Shown in pieces: positions 20,137 to 31,209 of a stretch of 64,000 nucleotides of DNA. The position numbers and the translations under genes were made by a program. Origin of the DNA: Acidobacteriota bacterium (GTDB lineage: Bacteria; Acidobacteriota; UBA6911; RPQK01; JAJDTT01); contig OZ253580.1 in assembly GCA_965263035.1 (NCBI GenBank), positions 1,120,001 to 1,184,000 of the forward strand. Direction: 5' to 3'. The notes under the pieces are model-generated. The model was not told the DNA's origin. It saw nothing but the letters and a program-made list of their open reading frames with translations, and made no database searches. How positions within the stretch are numbered: position 1 is the stretch's first letter; the number at the start of each line of letters is the position of its first letter.

Positions 20137-21006
20137 TCACAACCGGACCAGGGCCTCCGCCAGTCCACGTACCAGAAGCTCCATGGACCGATAGTCCAGG
20201 GTTTCCGGCCGGTCCGTGGAACGGTGGTAGTGTCGATTCCGGAAGAAGGCCGTGTCGGTCACCATCAGGGCCGGGTAACCCTCCTGCCAAAAGGACCAGT
20301 TGTCCGAGAGGTCGACGCCGGGAACGAAGGGGAGGGCGATGTGCTCCACCGGCAGCTTCCCGTGGACCGAGAGCAGACGGGACAGTCTCCGGACCAGACG
20401 CCGGGACGGGTAATTTCCGGCCACGGCGATGAAGTTTCCCCGGTCGGGATAGAACCAGCGCATCAGGGAAATGGGGTGACCCTGAGACCTGCGGGCGCTG
20501 CTGTAGTAGCCCACCATCTCCAGCGAGATCATTCCCCGAATCGAATCTTCCCGCTGCCGGCAGCGTCGGGCGTATACCCGGCTCCCCATGGTATCGGTCT
20601 TGAAATGGGGAGACTCCTCCAAGGTGAACGCCACCCAACGGATCGACGCGGCGGCCGGTTCCTCCACCAGGATCCGTGCCAGTTCAATGAGAACCGCCAC
20701 ACCGCTGGCGTTGTCGTCGGCACCTGGAGAACCCAATGCCGTGTCGTAATGGGCGCCCACCACCAGAACGGGAGCACCGGAGTCGGCGCCGGGAAGAGTG
20801 GCGACGAGGTTGCGATACTCCTTTCCGCCGCATTCGTACAGATCGTGCCCGATCCAGTATCCGGACTGAGTGAAGACTTCTTCGATGTATTCCCTGGCCC
20901 GCTCCAGACGGCGGTAGCGGCGCGAATTTCTCTCCCCCACGACTCCGGCCAGGAACTGGACGTGCCCTCTCAACCTGAATTGAAGCTCACCGGTCAAATC
21001 CGGCAT
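20137..21006 (-). CDS. Peptidase M28 family protein
   Basis: GAHYDT, PGADDNASG, EE, LEMVG, SDNWSF, YH motifs; start trimmed to MPDL. Confidence 0.9.
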   Translation of the reverse strand: MPDLTGELQFRLRGHVQFLAGVVGERNSRRYRRLERAREYIEEVFTQSGYWIGHDLYECGGKEYRNLVATLPGADSGAPVLVVGAHYDTALGSPGADDNASGVAVLIELARILVEEPAAASIRWVAFTLEESPHFKTDTMGSRVYARRCRQREDSIRGMISLEMVGYYSSARRSQGHPISLMRWFYPDRGNFIAVAGNYPSRRLVRRLSRLLSVHGKLPVEHIALPFVPGVDLSDNWSFWQEGYPALMVTDTAFFRNRHYHRSTDRPETLDYRSMELLVRGLAEALVRL

Positions 21007-21095
21007 ACAGGATCCATTATAGAGAACCTGGTCCCGGCGGCTTGCCATCGGCGGTGCCGGGAGGTCAAAATGTCGTCGACTGCACGGAAATCGAC

Positions 21096-22415
21096 ATGAA
21101 AGATTCACAAGAATCCCGTCCCGTCCGACTCATCATATTGAATCCAGGCCACTTCCACGCGACGCTGGTGATGAAGACCTCCTACTCCCAGGTGTCGCCG
21201 GAAGTGCACGTCTTTGCTCCCGATGGACCGGAGGTCCAGGACCATGTCCATAGAGTCGAGGGTTTCAACCGGCGGGAGCAGGACCCGACCACCTGGCGGC
21301 AGGAGATCTGCAAGGGGCCCGATTACCTGGAACGCATGTTGAGGCGCCGGCCCGGCAACGTAGTGGTGGTGGCGGGAAACAATCGGCGAAAGACGCAGTA
21401 CATCCACGAGAGCATCCGATCGGGGCTCAACGTCCTCTCGGACAAACCCATGTGCGTCAGTCATGAGGCCTGGAAGGTTCTGGAGAGGGCTTTCTCGACG
21501 GCAGAAGAGAAAGGACTCCTGATCTACGACATCATGACCGAGCGCTTCGAGATCACGACGATCCTGCAGCGGGAGTTGGCCCGCTGTCCACACGTCATCG
21601 GCGCACCCGTCGGTGGAGACTCCCGAGATCCGGGATTCGTCAAGGAGAGCGTTCACCATCTCTACAAGGAGGTCGCCGGCCAGACCCTGATCCGCCCTGA
21701 GTGGTATTTCGACATCGATCAGCAGGGCGAAGGGATCGTGGACGTCTCCACCCATCTGGTCGACTTGGTGATGTGGCAGGGATTCCCCGGAGAGGCGGTC
21801 GATCGCTCGCGAATCCAGGTCCTGGCGGCCCGCCATTGGCCCACGGTCCTGAGCCGGGAGCAGTACGGCCAGATCACGGGCAAGGACGATTTCCCTCCCT
21901 ACCTGCGGAAGAAACTGGACCGGGATGGCTGCCTGCCCTATTTCTGCAACGGAGAGATCCTCTTCCGGGTGGACGACCTCCACGCCAGGATCTGGGTGGC
22001 CTGGGATTTCGAGGCGCCCAGTGGAGGCGGCGACACCCACTTCTCGGTGATTCGAGGGACCCAGGCTAATCTCCGCATCCTTCAGGGGGAGGAACAGAGG
22101 TTTCGGCCCGAGTTGTCGGTTCAGCCCGCCGCGGGGGCCGACGCCGGAACGCTGGAGAATGGACTGCGGCGTTTCATCGAGGAAATCTCCGATCGATATC
22201 CCGGCTTGGCCCTGGAGAGATTGGAGTCGGGCTGGCAGGTGTCGATTCCCGACCGCTACCGTGTCGGGCACGAGGCCCACTTCGGAGAAGTGACGAGCAA
22301 GTACCTCGGTTTCCTGGAGTCGGGGTCCATGCCCCAATGGGAGATCACCAACATGATCTCCAAGTACTACGTCACCACCCGAGCGCTGGAGATGGCCCGG
22401 GCGGGCGCATCCTGA
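21096..22415 (+). CDS. Gfo/Idh/MocA-like oxidoreductase with putative oxidoreductase C-terminal domain
   Basis: PGHFHA, DKPM, YDIMTERFE, GHEAHF. Confidence 0.8.
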   Translation: MKDSQESRPVRLIILNPGHFHATLVMKTSYSQVSPEVHVFAPDGPEVQDHVHRVEGFNRREQDPTTWRQEICKGPDYLERMLRRRPGNVVVVAGNNRRKTQYIHESIRSGLNVLSDKPMCVSHEAWKVLERAFSTAEEKGLLIYDIMTERFEITTILQRELARCPHVIGAPVGGDSRDPGFVKESVHHLYKEVAGQTLIRPEWYFDIDQQGEGIVDVSTHLVDLVMWQGFPGEAVDRSRIQVLAARHWPTVLSREQYGQITGKDDFPPYLRKKLDRDGCLPYFCNGEILFRVDDLHARIWVAWDFEAPSGGGDTHFSVIRGTQANLRILQGEEQRFRPELSVQPAAGADAGTLENGLRRFIEEISDRYPGLALERLESGWQVSIPDRYRVGHEAHFGEVTSKYLGFLESGSMPQWEITNMISKYYVTTRALEMARAGAS

Positions 22416-22457
22416 AGACGGATCCTGCCGGACGGAGCAACCACGAGGAACGCCCGG

Positions 22458-24212
22458 CTACCCCCTGCGGTGGGTAGCGATCAGGTAGACCGCCGCCGTC
22501 CAGACGGCCAGCGCCACGAAGACGCCTGCATTGGCCAAGCCACGTTCGGCCGACCAGAGGATCGAATATCCCAGGGCTCCCGGCAGAAGAGCGTAGTAGG
22601 CAAAGGGAATCAGCGTCTTGCGCAACACCAGGCCTTCGCGGCCCACCAGCCCCACGACGGCCGAGGCCGCCACCACGTTGTGGACGCAGATCATGTTGCC
22701 GGCGGCCCCACCTACGGCCTGAAGCGCCACCACCCACGTGGGATCGACGCCGATCCTCTCCCCCACCCCGAACTGGAACAGGGAGAACATCATGTTGCTC
22801 ACCGTGTTGCTGCCGGCCACGAACGCTCCCAAGCCCCCGATGAGGGGTGAGAAGAACGGCCATGCGGAGCCGGCCACGGCGGCCACTCCGTCCGCCAGAA
22901 CGATGGGCATCTTCTCGAAGCCCGAATCCCCTCCCCCGCTGTGGATGAAGACCTGGACCATGGGCACCGTGAAGACCAGCGCGGCGGACGCCGTCAACAT
23001 GGTCCGGGCCGACTTGCTCCAGGCCGACCGGAAGCGCGGCCACTCCATGGAATGGAGAAAGAAGGTCACGCAGCAGACCAGGATGAAGATGGTTCCCGGG
23101 AGATAGAGTGGACGCACCGATGCCGTGATATCGGTCCCGAAAAGGTCGGGAAGGGTGATGGTCCAGGAATTGGCCCACGCCAGTAACGGCAGCTCCCGCA
23201 GACGAGTCAGGACCAGAAGAAACCCCACCAACAGGTATGGGAGCCATGACCGCAGTGCACCCAGGTCCGTGCGGGCGCCGCCGGAGCCTCCGACCCGGAC
23301 CGTGCCGGACCACTCCGACGGCCACCGCGCCCGGTCGTCGAACTCCCAGCACTCCTCCCGGGCGGGCATGAGAAAACCCCTCTTGGCGGCCCCGCCCACG
23401 ACGGCCAGTCCGGCCAGTCCTCCGAACATGGAGGGGAATTCGGGCCCCAACAACCATGCCACCAGCAGGTAGGGAAGCGTCATGGCGAAGGCGGCGAAAA
23501 GCGCGAACCGCCAGACCTGAAGGCCCTCCCGGTAGGAACGATTCCGGCCGAAGAATCGTGTCAGGAGCGCCAGCACGAAGAGCGGAACCAGGGCGCCCGT
23601 CACCGTGTGGAGCAAGGCGACCTTGGTCCCGATCATGATCAGGAATTCCGACCAGTCCGAATAGCCGGCCCGGGTGGCGAAGGCGACGACTGCGGGGTCC
23701 GCAGAGAGCCCCGTGCTCACGCCCACCAGGATGGGGGTCCCCACGGCTCCGAACGAAACCGGAGTGCTCTGAATGATCATTCCGGACATCACGGCGCCCA
23801 GGGCCGGAAACCCGAGGGCGACCAGGAGCGGCACGGCCACCGCCGCCGGCGTCCCGAAACCGGCCGCCCCTTCGATGAAAGAGCCGAAGAGCCAGGCGAT
23901 GATGATGACCTGGATCCGGCGGTCCGGGGTGATCTCGGTAAAGATGCGGCGAATGGTTCCCAAAGCCCCACTTTGTTCCAGGGTGTTCAGGAGCAGGATG
24001 GCCCCGAACACGATGTAGAGCAGGGAGAGGGCAACCACCAGCCCGTTCACCGAGGCGGCCGCCACCTGAGCCGGCGGGACCCTCCAGACCAGGAGAGCCA
24101 GTCCCGCCGCGGTGACGTAAGAGATGGGCATGGCCCGGCTGGCGGGCCAACGGAGGCCGACCAGGAAGAAACCGACGACGGCAATGGGGAGCAGGGACAG
24201 CAGAGCAAGCAC
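22458..24212 (-). CDS. L-lactate/glycolate permease (LctP family)
   Basis: [25 protein letters not shown]; many TM helices; adjacent to malate synthase. Confidence 0.93.
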   Translation of the reverse strand: MLALLSLLPIAVVGFFLVGLRWPASRAMPISYVTAAGLALLVWRVPPAQVAAASVNGLVVALSLLYIVFGAILLLNTLEQSGALGTIRRIFTEITPDRRIQVIIIAWLFGSFIEGAAGFGTPAAVAVPLLVALGFPALGAVMSGMIIQSTPVSFGAVGTPILVGVSTGLSADPAVVAFATRAGYSDWSEFLIMIGTKVALLHTVTGALVPLFVLALLTRFFGRNRSYREGLQVWRFALFAAFAMTLPYLLVAWLLGPEFPSMFGGLAGLAVVGGAAKRGFLMPAREECWEFDDRARWPSEWSGTVRVGGSGGARTDLGALRSWLPYLLVGFLLVLTRLRELPLLAWANSWTITLPDLFGTDITASVRPLYLPGTIFILVCCVTFFLHSMEWPRFRSAWSKSARTMLTASAALVFTVPMVQVFIHSGGGDSGFEKMPIVLADGVAAVAGSAWPFFSPLIGGLGAFVAGSNTVSNMMFSLFQFGVGERIGVDPTWVVALQAVGGAAGNMICVHNVVAASAVVGLVGREGLVLRKTLIPFAYYALLPGALGYSILWSAERGLANAGVFVALAVWTAAVYLIATHRRG

Positions 24213-24264
24213 GATCTAACGCATCCGATGCACCAAGGGCCGCTGGCCCCGGGAGGTGTAGGGA

Positions 24265-25935
24265 CTAGAAAGCATCCTCACCGGCGGCAATCCGGGCCAG
24301 ATCGCCGCGCGTGTAGGAGCCCAGACTTCTGAAGTCCAGTTCCGTATAGTTTCTGACCCACTGCAGGGCAATCTTGTGGGAGTCCCGATAGCGCTTGGCG
24401 GCGCCGGATCCGGAGGTTGCCGCGCTCAACTCCAGGATACTCTCCAACTCCTCCCCCAGCAGCCGCTTGACCAGAGCAAAATCGTGCTTGCGATCGGTCC
24501 GGGCATCCCGGGCTTCGTGGATCACCCTCTGCGCAATCTGGGCCACCGAGATCCGGGCCGTGGCCAGGTCCTCCATCAGGGCCGGGCGCTTACCCGGCTG
24601 CCCCGCCAGACTGTCGATCCCCTTGGCGCCCCGTCCATTGAGCCAACCCTCCACGTACTCCAGCAACATGCGCGCATTCCGGCGGGTTCCAGCCTCGGTA
24701 ACGATACCCTCCGGGACGGCGATCTCGATGGGGTAGTTCTCGGGCCGGGCCATCTCCGCGGACGGCTTCCAGCCCGAGCTCCTCAGGTCCCGAAAGGGAT
24801 CTGCCGCCGTCTTCATATGGAAGATATGCGCTACCCATCCCCGCAGAAAACCCTGGTCGGCCTCCCACTGCTTGTCCGCCCGAATCGCTTCGCCCGCCAC
24901 CTGGTTCACCTCGGCGTCGCGGCTCGGCAGCGCCGTGGCCATGCCACCGATGGGAACCGCGCCGCGCTTGAGGCAGACGGCCACCAAACGGCGAAATATC
25001 CGTGTGAGAAAGTCGGTGGTCTTGATGTCCACGTCGAAACGATCGGGCCAGACCGAAGCCGGGTCAGCCATCACGTACTCCAGGATGCTGGCCTTGAAAT
25101 CCCATCGAGCTGCGTTGAGACCGGCCGCGTACTCCCCCAGGGCGTACAGGATCTCTTCCATCTGGAACGCGGCCGGAACCGACTCCACCAGGGCGATGGC
25201 CCGGATGGTGGCGTTCCGGAGCCCCGGCAGAGATTCCTGACTTGCGGCGAAGAAGTCCCTCCAGAAACCGGCTTCTTCGGCAGACTCCATCTTGGGGAGG
25301 TAGAAGTAGATCCCCTGACCCCGCCGGGCCTGCGCCTGACCGGCATGAAAAAGAGTCAGCGCCGTTCCCAGGATGCTGGCGGAAATGGGAGCCCCATCCA
25401 CCAGGACTTCCGGCTCGTCCAGGTGAAGCCCCCGTTCCCGATGCATGAAGAAGGGGAGGTCCCCTTCCGCAAGCTCGTACTTCTTTCCCTTGGCGGCGTT
25501 GTAGTAGGTCAGGGTGCGCTCCACAGCACCCTTCCGGTTGGCTGCCGCCTGCAGGGTGTCCACCAGACGATGGCCGGCCGAGTCCTCGTCGTCGTCCAGA
25601 TCGCCTTGGGCCCGGAAGCCCCCCGGACCCGGATTCAGGGCGTTGATGAACATCCCGGTGACGGAGGCAGGACCCGAGATCTCGATCCCCGGCTCGTACA
25701 GATCCTCGGGCACCTCGGGAACGCTCCAATCGCCGGTGTTGGCATCGCTCGGAGGCAGATGGGCCGGTCCGGCGCCGTCCTGGAGCGCTCGCTTCAACAC
25801 CTGTGCCCGCTTCTCGCGGAGCTCATGGATGCGGCCGGCGAACTGATCGTGGAGGACCAGCAGATAGTTCTGAAATTCGGGACTCATCAACTCGTTTGCG
25901 CCTGGAATCGGAGCACATTGAATACGACTGCTCAT
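24265..25935 (-). CDS. Malate synthase (divergent)
   Basis: EISGPA, INALN, DEDS, RGLHL, YLPKMES, RWD, IGGMA, WVAH, LMEDLATARIS. Confidence 0.85.
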   Translation of the reverse strand: MSSRIQCAPIPGANELMSPEFQNYLLVLHDQFAGRIHELREKRAQVLKRALQDGAGPAHLPPSDANTGDWSVPEVPEDLYEPGIEISGPASVTGMFINALNPGPGGFRAQGDLDDDEDSAGHRLVDTLQAAANRKGAVERTLTYYNAAKGKKYELAEGDLPFFMHRERGLHLDEPEVLVDGAPISASILGTALTLFHAGQAQARRGQGIYFYLPKMESAEEAGFWRDFFAASQESLPGLRNATIRAIALVESVPAAFQMEEILYALGEYAAGLNAARWDFKASILEYVMADPASVWPDRFDVDIKTTDFLTRIFRRLVAVCLKRGAVPIGGMATALPSRDAEVNQVAGEAIRADKQWEADQGFLRGWVAHIFHMKTAADPFRDLRSSGWKPSAEMARPENYPIEIAVPEGIVTEAGTRRNARMLLEYVEGWLNGRGAKGIDSLAGQPGKRPALMEDLATARISVAQIAQRVIHEARDARTDRKHDFALVKRLLGEELESILELSAATSGSGAAKRYRDSHKIALQWVRNYTELDFRSLGSYTRGDLARIAAGEDAF

Positions 25936-26831
25936 TCTCTCCCCTCCTCCTGTATGCAACCTCGAGCGACCGGTCTGGGACGAGGCTTCCGGGGCTGGCA
26001 ACATGCACAGAAATGGCTGCCTCGCTGGCTGATGACCGTCTTCTGGATGATTGAACCGCATTGAGTGCACGGTTGGCCGTCGCGCCCGTACACTTTAAGC
26101 AAAGATTGATACTCTCCCAGGTCACCGTTGCTCCTCCGATAGTCTTGGAGGGTCGTCCCGCCATGGAGCACGGCTCTTTCCAGAACCCGCCGGATCGATT
26201 CGAAGAGCTTCACCTTTTCCCAGCGGCGGATGTACCGGACTCGTCTGGCCGGGTGCACGCCGGCTTCGAAGAGGGCCTCGTCGGCATAGATGTTTCCGAC
26301 CCCGGCAACTACCTTCTGATCCAGCAGCAACGACTTGATCCGAGCCTTCCTCTTGGCCAATTTTCCCAGAAAGTCCTCCAGGAGATAGTCGCTGCCCAAG
26401 GGCTCCGGACCCAGGGAACCAAGCCGGGACCCCAGGCCGTCGCCCTCCTTGGAGAGCAGCATGACCCGGCCGAACTTCCTGACGTCCCGGAACGCCAGCG
26501 TCCGGCCCCGGGACATTCGGGCCACGAGGACGATGTGGGCGTCCCCGCCACTGAATCTCGATCCGTTGTTCTCCACGGGTTCGTCCTGGATCGTGAGCTG
26601 TCCGGTCATTCCCAGGTGAATGATCCAGTACCAGCGGTCCAACTCGAAAATGAGGTACTTGGCCCGGCGGGATACGGCGTGGATGGTCTGTCCCGCGACG
26701 GCCGCCTCCAGGGTGGCCGGATCCAATTGGAAGACCCGCGATGGAAACGTGCTCAGCGATCTGATGACCCGGCCCCGGAGCCGGGGCTCCAGTTCCCGGC
26801 GCAAGGTTTCGACTTCGGGAAGCTCAGGCAA
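25932..26831 (-). CDS. mutM: Formamidopyrimidine-DNA glycosylase
   Basis: PELPEVET (TTG start at 26831 places the catalytic Pro at position 2), HLGMTG, GNIYADE, C-terminal zinc finger. Confidence 0.97.
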   Translation of the reverse strand: MPELPEVETLRRELEPRLRGRVIRSLSTFPSRVFQLDPATLEAAVAGQTIHAVSRRAKYLIFELDRWYWIIHLGMTGQLTIQDEPVENNGSRFSGGDAHIVLVARMSRGRTLAFRDVRKFGRVMLLSKEGDGLGSRLGSLGPEPLGSDYLLEDFLGKLAKRKARIKSLLLDQKVVAGVGNIYADEALFEAGVHPARRVRYIRRWEKVKLFESIRRVLERAVLHGGTTLQDYRRSNGDLGEYQSLLKVYGRDGQPCTQCGSIIQKTVISQRGSHFCACCQPRKPRPRPVARGCIQEEGRE

Positions 26832-27098
26832 GCTTCCGCTCCCGGAGGAACACTGCCTCACACCCTTCATGAAAATCCCAAAGAGGGGAGTCCTGGCCCA
26901 CGATCCAACCCACGGCGGACCTCATAATAGCGGATGACCAGCCTCACGGGGAGATAGCGCCCATCTTTCCGGGCGCACCGTACACCTTGTGGTTGCCCTT
27001 CCTTACGGCCAGCGCAGAATCCGGCACCGTTCAAACTCCGCGACGGCTTCCTACAAGGGCTGATAAACTATCCGGAACGGATGGAAAGGAGTGCCCGC

Positions 27099-27449
27099 AT
27101 GCCTTTTTTGGATCTGGCCCGAATCGAAGCCCGGGAAATCTTCCCCGGGATCAGAATCAGGGCGCCCCATGGCGAGAATCTCATGCTCTCGATCGTGGAC
27201 TTCGAACCCGATGCGCATGTCCCCCTCCATAGTCATCCTCATGAGCAGGGCGGCGTGTTGCTGGAGGGTCGGATGGAACTGCAGATCGGCTCCGAAACGA
27301 GAATCCTGGAGCCCGGAGACTACTACATCATTCCTCCGGACACCCCTCATCGGGCCGCAGCCGTGGGAGGCCCCGCACGAGCCCTGGACGTGTTCAGTCC
27401 CATCCGGCAGGACTACGCCGCCTTGTGGACCAACGGAGCAACCGAATGA
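27099..27449 (+). CDS. Cupin domain protein
   Basis: HSHPHEQ...IPPDTPH, DVFSPIR. Confidence 0.9.
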   Translation: MPFLDLARIEAREIFPGIRIRAPHGENLMLSIVDFEPDAHVPLHSHPHEQGGVLLEGRMELQIGSETRILEPGDYYIIPPDTPHRAAAVGGPARALDVFSPIRQDYAALWTNGATE

Positions 27450-28744
27450 GACCTTCCCGAAACGTGCACCTGATCGGGGGCGCACACAGCGGCTTCATCG
27501 GAAAATTTCATCCCGACTTCATCTGGAAGGGCCATCCGGATTACGGCCGGCGAGTCAACCCGTCGTTGGAAGCGCATCTGAAGAAGGCCGTCATCGGCGC
27601 CCTGAAAGACACCGGTGTCTCGGACCACCAGATCCAGCGGGGCTACGTGGGGAACTTCACCGGCGAGCTCTTCTCCAAACAGGGACATCTCGGGTCCCTC
27701 CTGGCCGGCGTCCGGCCGGGATTCAGGAACAAGGCTTTCTCCAGGGTCGAGGGAGCCTGCGCTTCGGGCGGTCTGGCGCTGATCGCCGGAATCGACGCCA
27801 TTTCCGCAGGCTGCGACTTCGTCCTGGTGGCGGGAGTCGAAGTACAGACCACGGTCAGCGCCAAGGAGGGCGCCGACTATCTGGCTCGGGCCGCCCACTA
27901 TGAAACCCAGCGGGCTTGCGATCCCTTCACCTTCCCCTGTCTTTTCGCCCGCCGCTCCAAGGCCTACCGGCAGGCCTACGGGCTAGCGGAAGAAGACCTG
28001 GCTCGGGTCGTCGTCAAGGCCTATTCCAACGCCAACCGGAACCCCAACGCCCACATGCAGGCCGTCCGGTTGACGCTGGAGGAGGCTTCGACGCCTTCCG
28101 ACCGGAACCCCCAGTTTCTCAGTCATCCCGATTTCCGCGACTACCTGAAGGTAAGCGACTGCTCTCAGGTCTCGGATGGGGCCTCGGCCCTGGTCCTGGT
28201 TTCGGACCGGGGTCTGGAGAGGTTGGGCAAGTCCCCCGTCCGGGACGCCGTTCAGATCCTCTCCTACGGTCACGCCACCGCTCCCCTGGACGAAATCCCG
28301 GATCCCCTGACTTTGTCCACGGCCGCGAGAGCCGCCCAGGAAGCCTATGAGGACGGACAGGTCGGACCCGCGCAGATCGGCGTGGCCGAGGTCCACGACT
28401 GCTTCAGCGTCACCGAGTTGCTCCTATACGAGGCTCTGGGATTCTGCCGTCCTGGCAAAGCGCCGGAGCTGGTCCGGAAGGGGACCACGGAGATCGAAGG
28501 AGATCTGCCGGTGAACACGGGAGGCGGCCTCATGGGCTTCGGCCATCCGGTGGGCGCCACCGGCGTCAAGCAGGCCCTGGAGATCTTCAAGCAACTCAAG
28601 GGCCGGTGCGGCGATTACCAGATCGCCCGTCGTCCCGAGTTCGGCTTGGCGGCGAATCTGGGGGGAGACGACCGGACCGGAGTGGTGACCATCTACGGGA
28701 ATCGACAGCCGGGGAACGGGACATCCGGCGAAGCCCATACTTGA
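27446..28744 (+). CDS. SCP2-type thiolase (HDCF loop)
   Basis: EGACASGG, EVHDCF, GHPVGATG, NLGGDD. Confidence 0.92.
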   Translation: MRPSRNVHLIGGAHSGFIGKFHPDFIWKGHPDYGRRVNPSLEAHLKKAVIGALKDTGVSDHQIQRGYVGNFTGELFSKQGHLGSLLAGVRPGFRNKAFSRVEGACASGGLALIAGIDAISAGCDFVLVAGVEVQTTVSAKEGADYLARAAHYETQRACDPFTFPCLFARRSKAYRQAYGLAEEDLARVVVKAYSNANRNPNAHMQAVRLTLEEASTPSDRNPQFLSHPDFRDYLKVSDCSQVSDGASALVLVSDRGLERLGKSPVRDAVQILSYGHATAPLDEIPDPLTLSTAARAAQEAYEDGQVGPAQIGVAEVHDCFSVTELLLYEALGFCRPGKAPELVRKGTTEIEGDLPVNTGGGLMGFGHPVGATGVKQALEIFKQLKGRCGDYQIARRPEFGLAANLGGDDRTGVVTIYGNRQPGNGTSGEAHT

Positions 28745-28760
28745 CCGGAAATCGCCGGAT

Positions 28761-29459
28761 TCACGCCGAACCGAGGGGGCTCCGCTTCAGGACGTAATCG
28801 ATGGCCTCTTGCGGGACCTCGTATTCGGTGAGGTACTGGTTGCCCTTGTAACCCACGTCCTCAAATCCGATGGGACTGGTGTAGAACGCATCCACGATCA
28901 GGCGCCGCGCCCACACGAAGAAGTGGACACCAGGCCCAAGGCGCCGATCGGTGCGAGCCGTGTAATCCCTGAAGCCCGCATACTCGGCGCCGGCTCGAGA
29001 GCCCTTCAGGGGCTCTTCCGATCCGTCGGCAGCGGCGGCCAGATCATCCAGCAGCCGGGTCTGCGCCTCCTCGGAGGCATCCTTGAAGCGGCTGGCCTGG
29101 CGGCGGCCCATCTCGCGGTCGAGCCAGAAGATTCCGGAAATGAAGATCCGAGCCAATTCCTCGTTCTGGTTGGAGAGCACGTCGATGAATTCCGGAGCCC
29201 CGGCATCCAGGGCGCTGCCGGAATGATCGTCGGCCGGAATGATCAACTCGCTCAACCGCTGCAGCGTCTCGTACTCTCCGGCATTGAAGCATTGCGGCGT
29301 GTAGTCTCCGGTCCTTTGCTTCTCCTGAGACACGGTCTTGTGGACATGTTGACCCGCCTTCAGATCCAGCACGCCGGCTGACGTCACCGCCAGGGCAATC
29401 CGCTTGAGCAGGGCGCGGCGGGACACTTCGCTCCGCTTGCGGCCGCCCGGATCAGACAT
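28761..29459 (-). CDS. Gluconate 2-dehydrogenase subunit 3 family protein
   Basis: Tat-like SRRALL, LIIPAD..SGSA.DAGAPEFID, FYTS.IG..DVGY.GN; coupled to a GMC gene. Confidence 0.88.
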   Translation of the reverse strand: MSDPGGRKRSEVSRRALLKRIALAVTSAGVLDLKAGQHVHKTVSQEKQRTGDYTPQCFNAGEYETLQRLSELIIPADDHSGSALDAGAPEFIDVLSNQNEELARIFISGIFWLDREMGRRQASRFKDASEEAQTRLLDDLAAAADGSEEPLKGSRAGAEYAGFRDYTARTDRRLGPGVHFFVWARRLIVDAFYTSPIGFEDVGYKGNQYLTEYEVPQEAIDYVLKRSPLGSA

Positions 29460-31164
29460 GGCCCTTCCTCATCTCCTCGGCGATGTAGTCCGAGGTGCGC
29501 CACGCCAGAGCCGTGATGGTCAGAGTGGGATTCTTGTCGGGGTTACTGACGAAAGGAGCGGCATCGGCCACGAACAGGTTGGGCACCTCGTGGCCCTGAC
29601 AGTACTGGTTGAGGGCCGAACTCCGAGGGTCGTTCCCCATTCTAACGGTCCCCAGCTCGTGGATGATGGTGCCGGGGACTGAAATTCCCTTCCCGTCCAC
29701 TTGCGGCGACCGGTGCCCCAACACCTGCCCGCCCATGGACTCGATGAGGTCGACGAAGGTCCGCTCCATGTGCCGGGCCTGTTTCCACTCGTAGTCGCTC
29801 CATTTGAAGTGGAACCGCAGCACCGGAATACCCCATCGGTCCACCGTCACCGGGTCCGACTCGCAGTAGCTCAGATTGTTGGGGATCATCTCGCCGCGGC
29901 CCGCGAACGAGACGAAGGCTCCGTATTCTCTTCGGATCCGTCCCTTGAGTTCCCGGCCGTAGCCGCCGATCCGGCCCACCTGACCCTGGAAGCTGCCGAC
30001 TCCGGGCATTCCGAATCCGCCTCCGATCTCGATATGGTACCCGCGGGGGAAGTCCTTGTTCTTCTTGTCCCATTCCCACCACGGAGAGTAGACGTGACCG
30101 CCGCTGAATCCGTCCGTGTCGTAACGGGGCATTCCCTCCAGAGCCGGGACATACCCCTGGATTCCAAGGCCCACCGTGTCCATCAGGAACCGGCCCACGA
30201 CCCCCGAATTGTTGGACAGACCCTGGGGAAAGCGGCTGGACCGGGAATTGAGAAGCAGCCGCGTGGATTCGCAGGCGCTGGCAGCCAGCACCACGACCCG
30301 GCACCGGATCTGGCGCTCCGTGCGAGTCTTCTTGTCGATGTAGGAGACGGCCGTGACGCGACCGTTCTCGTCGCTGAGGATCTCCCTGGCCATGGCCTGG
30401 TCGAAGATCTTCAGCTTGCCCGTCTTCAGGGCGGGCAGGATCTGTACCTGGCTGGAGGCGTAATTGGAGGCGGTGATGCAACCGCGGCCGCACTGTCCGC
30501 AGTAATGGCAGGCGGCGCGTCCATTGAGGGGCCGGGTAATGACCGCTCGCCGCATGGGTATGCAGGGGAGGCCCATGCGGGTGCAGGCCTGTTTGATGAG
30601 GTGCTCGTGGGCCTTGGGGGGCGGGCAGGGTTGGAAGATGCCGTCGGGGGCGCTCCGGATGCCCTCGATGCTCCCGGTGACACCGATGAAGGACTCCGCC
30701 TTGTCGTAGTAGGGGGCCAGATCCTCGTAAGTGATGGGCCAGTCGGTGCCCAACCCGTCCATGGAGTAGGGCCGGAAATCGTAGTCGGCGAATCGTAGAG
30801 AGATCCGGCCGTAGTGGTTCGTCCGCCCACCCAGGATCCGGGAGCGAAACCAGCGGAATTCGCTGCCCGGCGCCACCGTGTAGGGTTCGCCCTCCAACTC
30901 CCAGGCACCGTTGGGTGCCCGGAAAAAGCCCCATGGCTGCTTACCGAAGTAGTGGGCACCACCCACTCCGGCGCCCCGGTGATCCACGTGATGCGGGAGC
31001 ATGTGCTCCTTGTAGTCCTTTTCGGGATCCAGCATGGGACCCGCTTCCAGGAGGGCCACCTCAATGCCCTTCCCGGTCAGGACCTGGACCGCAGTGCCGC
31101 CGCCGGCGCCGGAACCGATGACCACGACGTCGTACACCTTGGGAGTTCGAATGACTTCAAGCAC
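29452..31164 (-). CDS. GMC family oxidoreductase
   Basis: GSGAGGG FAD motif, LGGRTNHYG, CHYCGQC, HELGTVRMG, NPTLTI; start at GTG 31164 or ATG 31182 (the longer ORF runs into the intron). Confidence 0.93.
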   Translation of the reverse strand: MLEVIRTPKVYDVVVIGSGAGGGTAVQVLTGKGIEVALLEAGPMLDPEKDYKEHMLPHHVDHRGAGVGGAHYFGKQPWGFFRAPNGAWELEGEPYTVAPGSEFRWFRSRILGGRTNHYGRISLRFADYDFRPYSMDGLGTDWPITYEDLAPYYDKAESFIGVTGSIEGIRSAPDGIFQPCPPPKAHEHLIKQACTRMGLPCIPMRRAVITRPLNGRAACHYCGQCGRGCITASNYASSQVQILPALKTGKLKIFDQAMAREILSDENGRVTAVSYIDKKTRTERQIRCRVVVLAASACESTRLLLNSRSSRFPQGLSNNSGVVGRFLMDTVGLGIQGYVPALEGMPRYDTDGFSGGHVYSPWWEWDKKNKDFPRGYHIEIGGGFGMPGVGSFQGQVGRIGGYGRELKGRIRREYGAFVSFAGRGEMIPNNLSYCESDPVTVDRWGIPVLRFHFKWSDYEWKQARHMERTFVDLIESMGGQVLGHRSPQVDGKGISVPGTIIHELGTVRMGNDPRSSALNQYCQGHEVPNLFVADAAPFVSNPDKNPTLTITALAWRTSDYIAEEMRKGHV

Positions 31165-31209
31165 GGGGCTATTCAAGCACATGCAACCGCCGATAAAAAG
31201 GGGGCGTGG

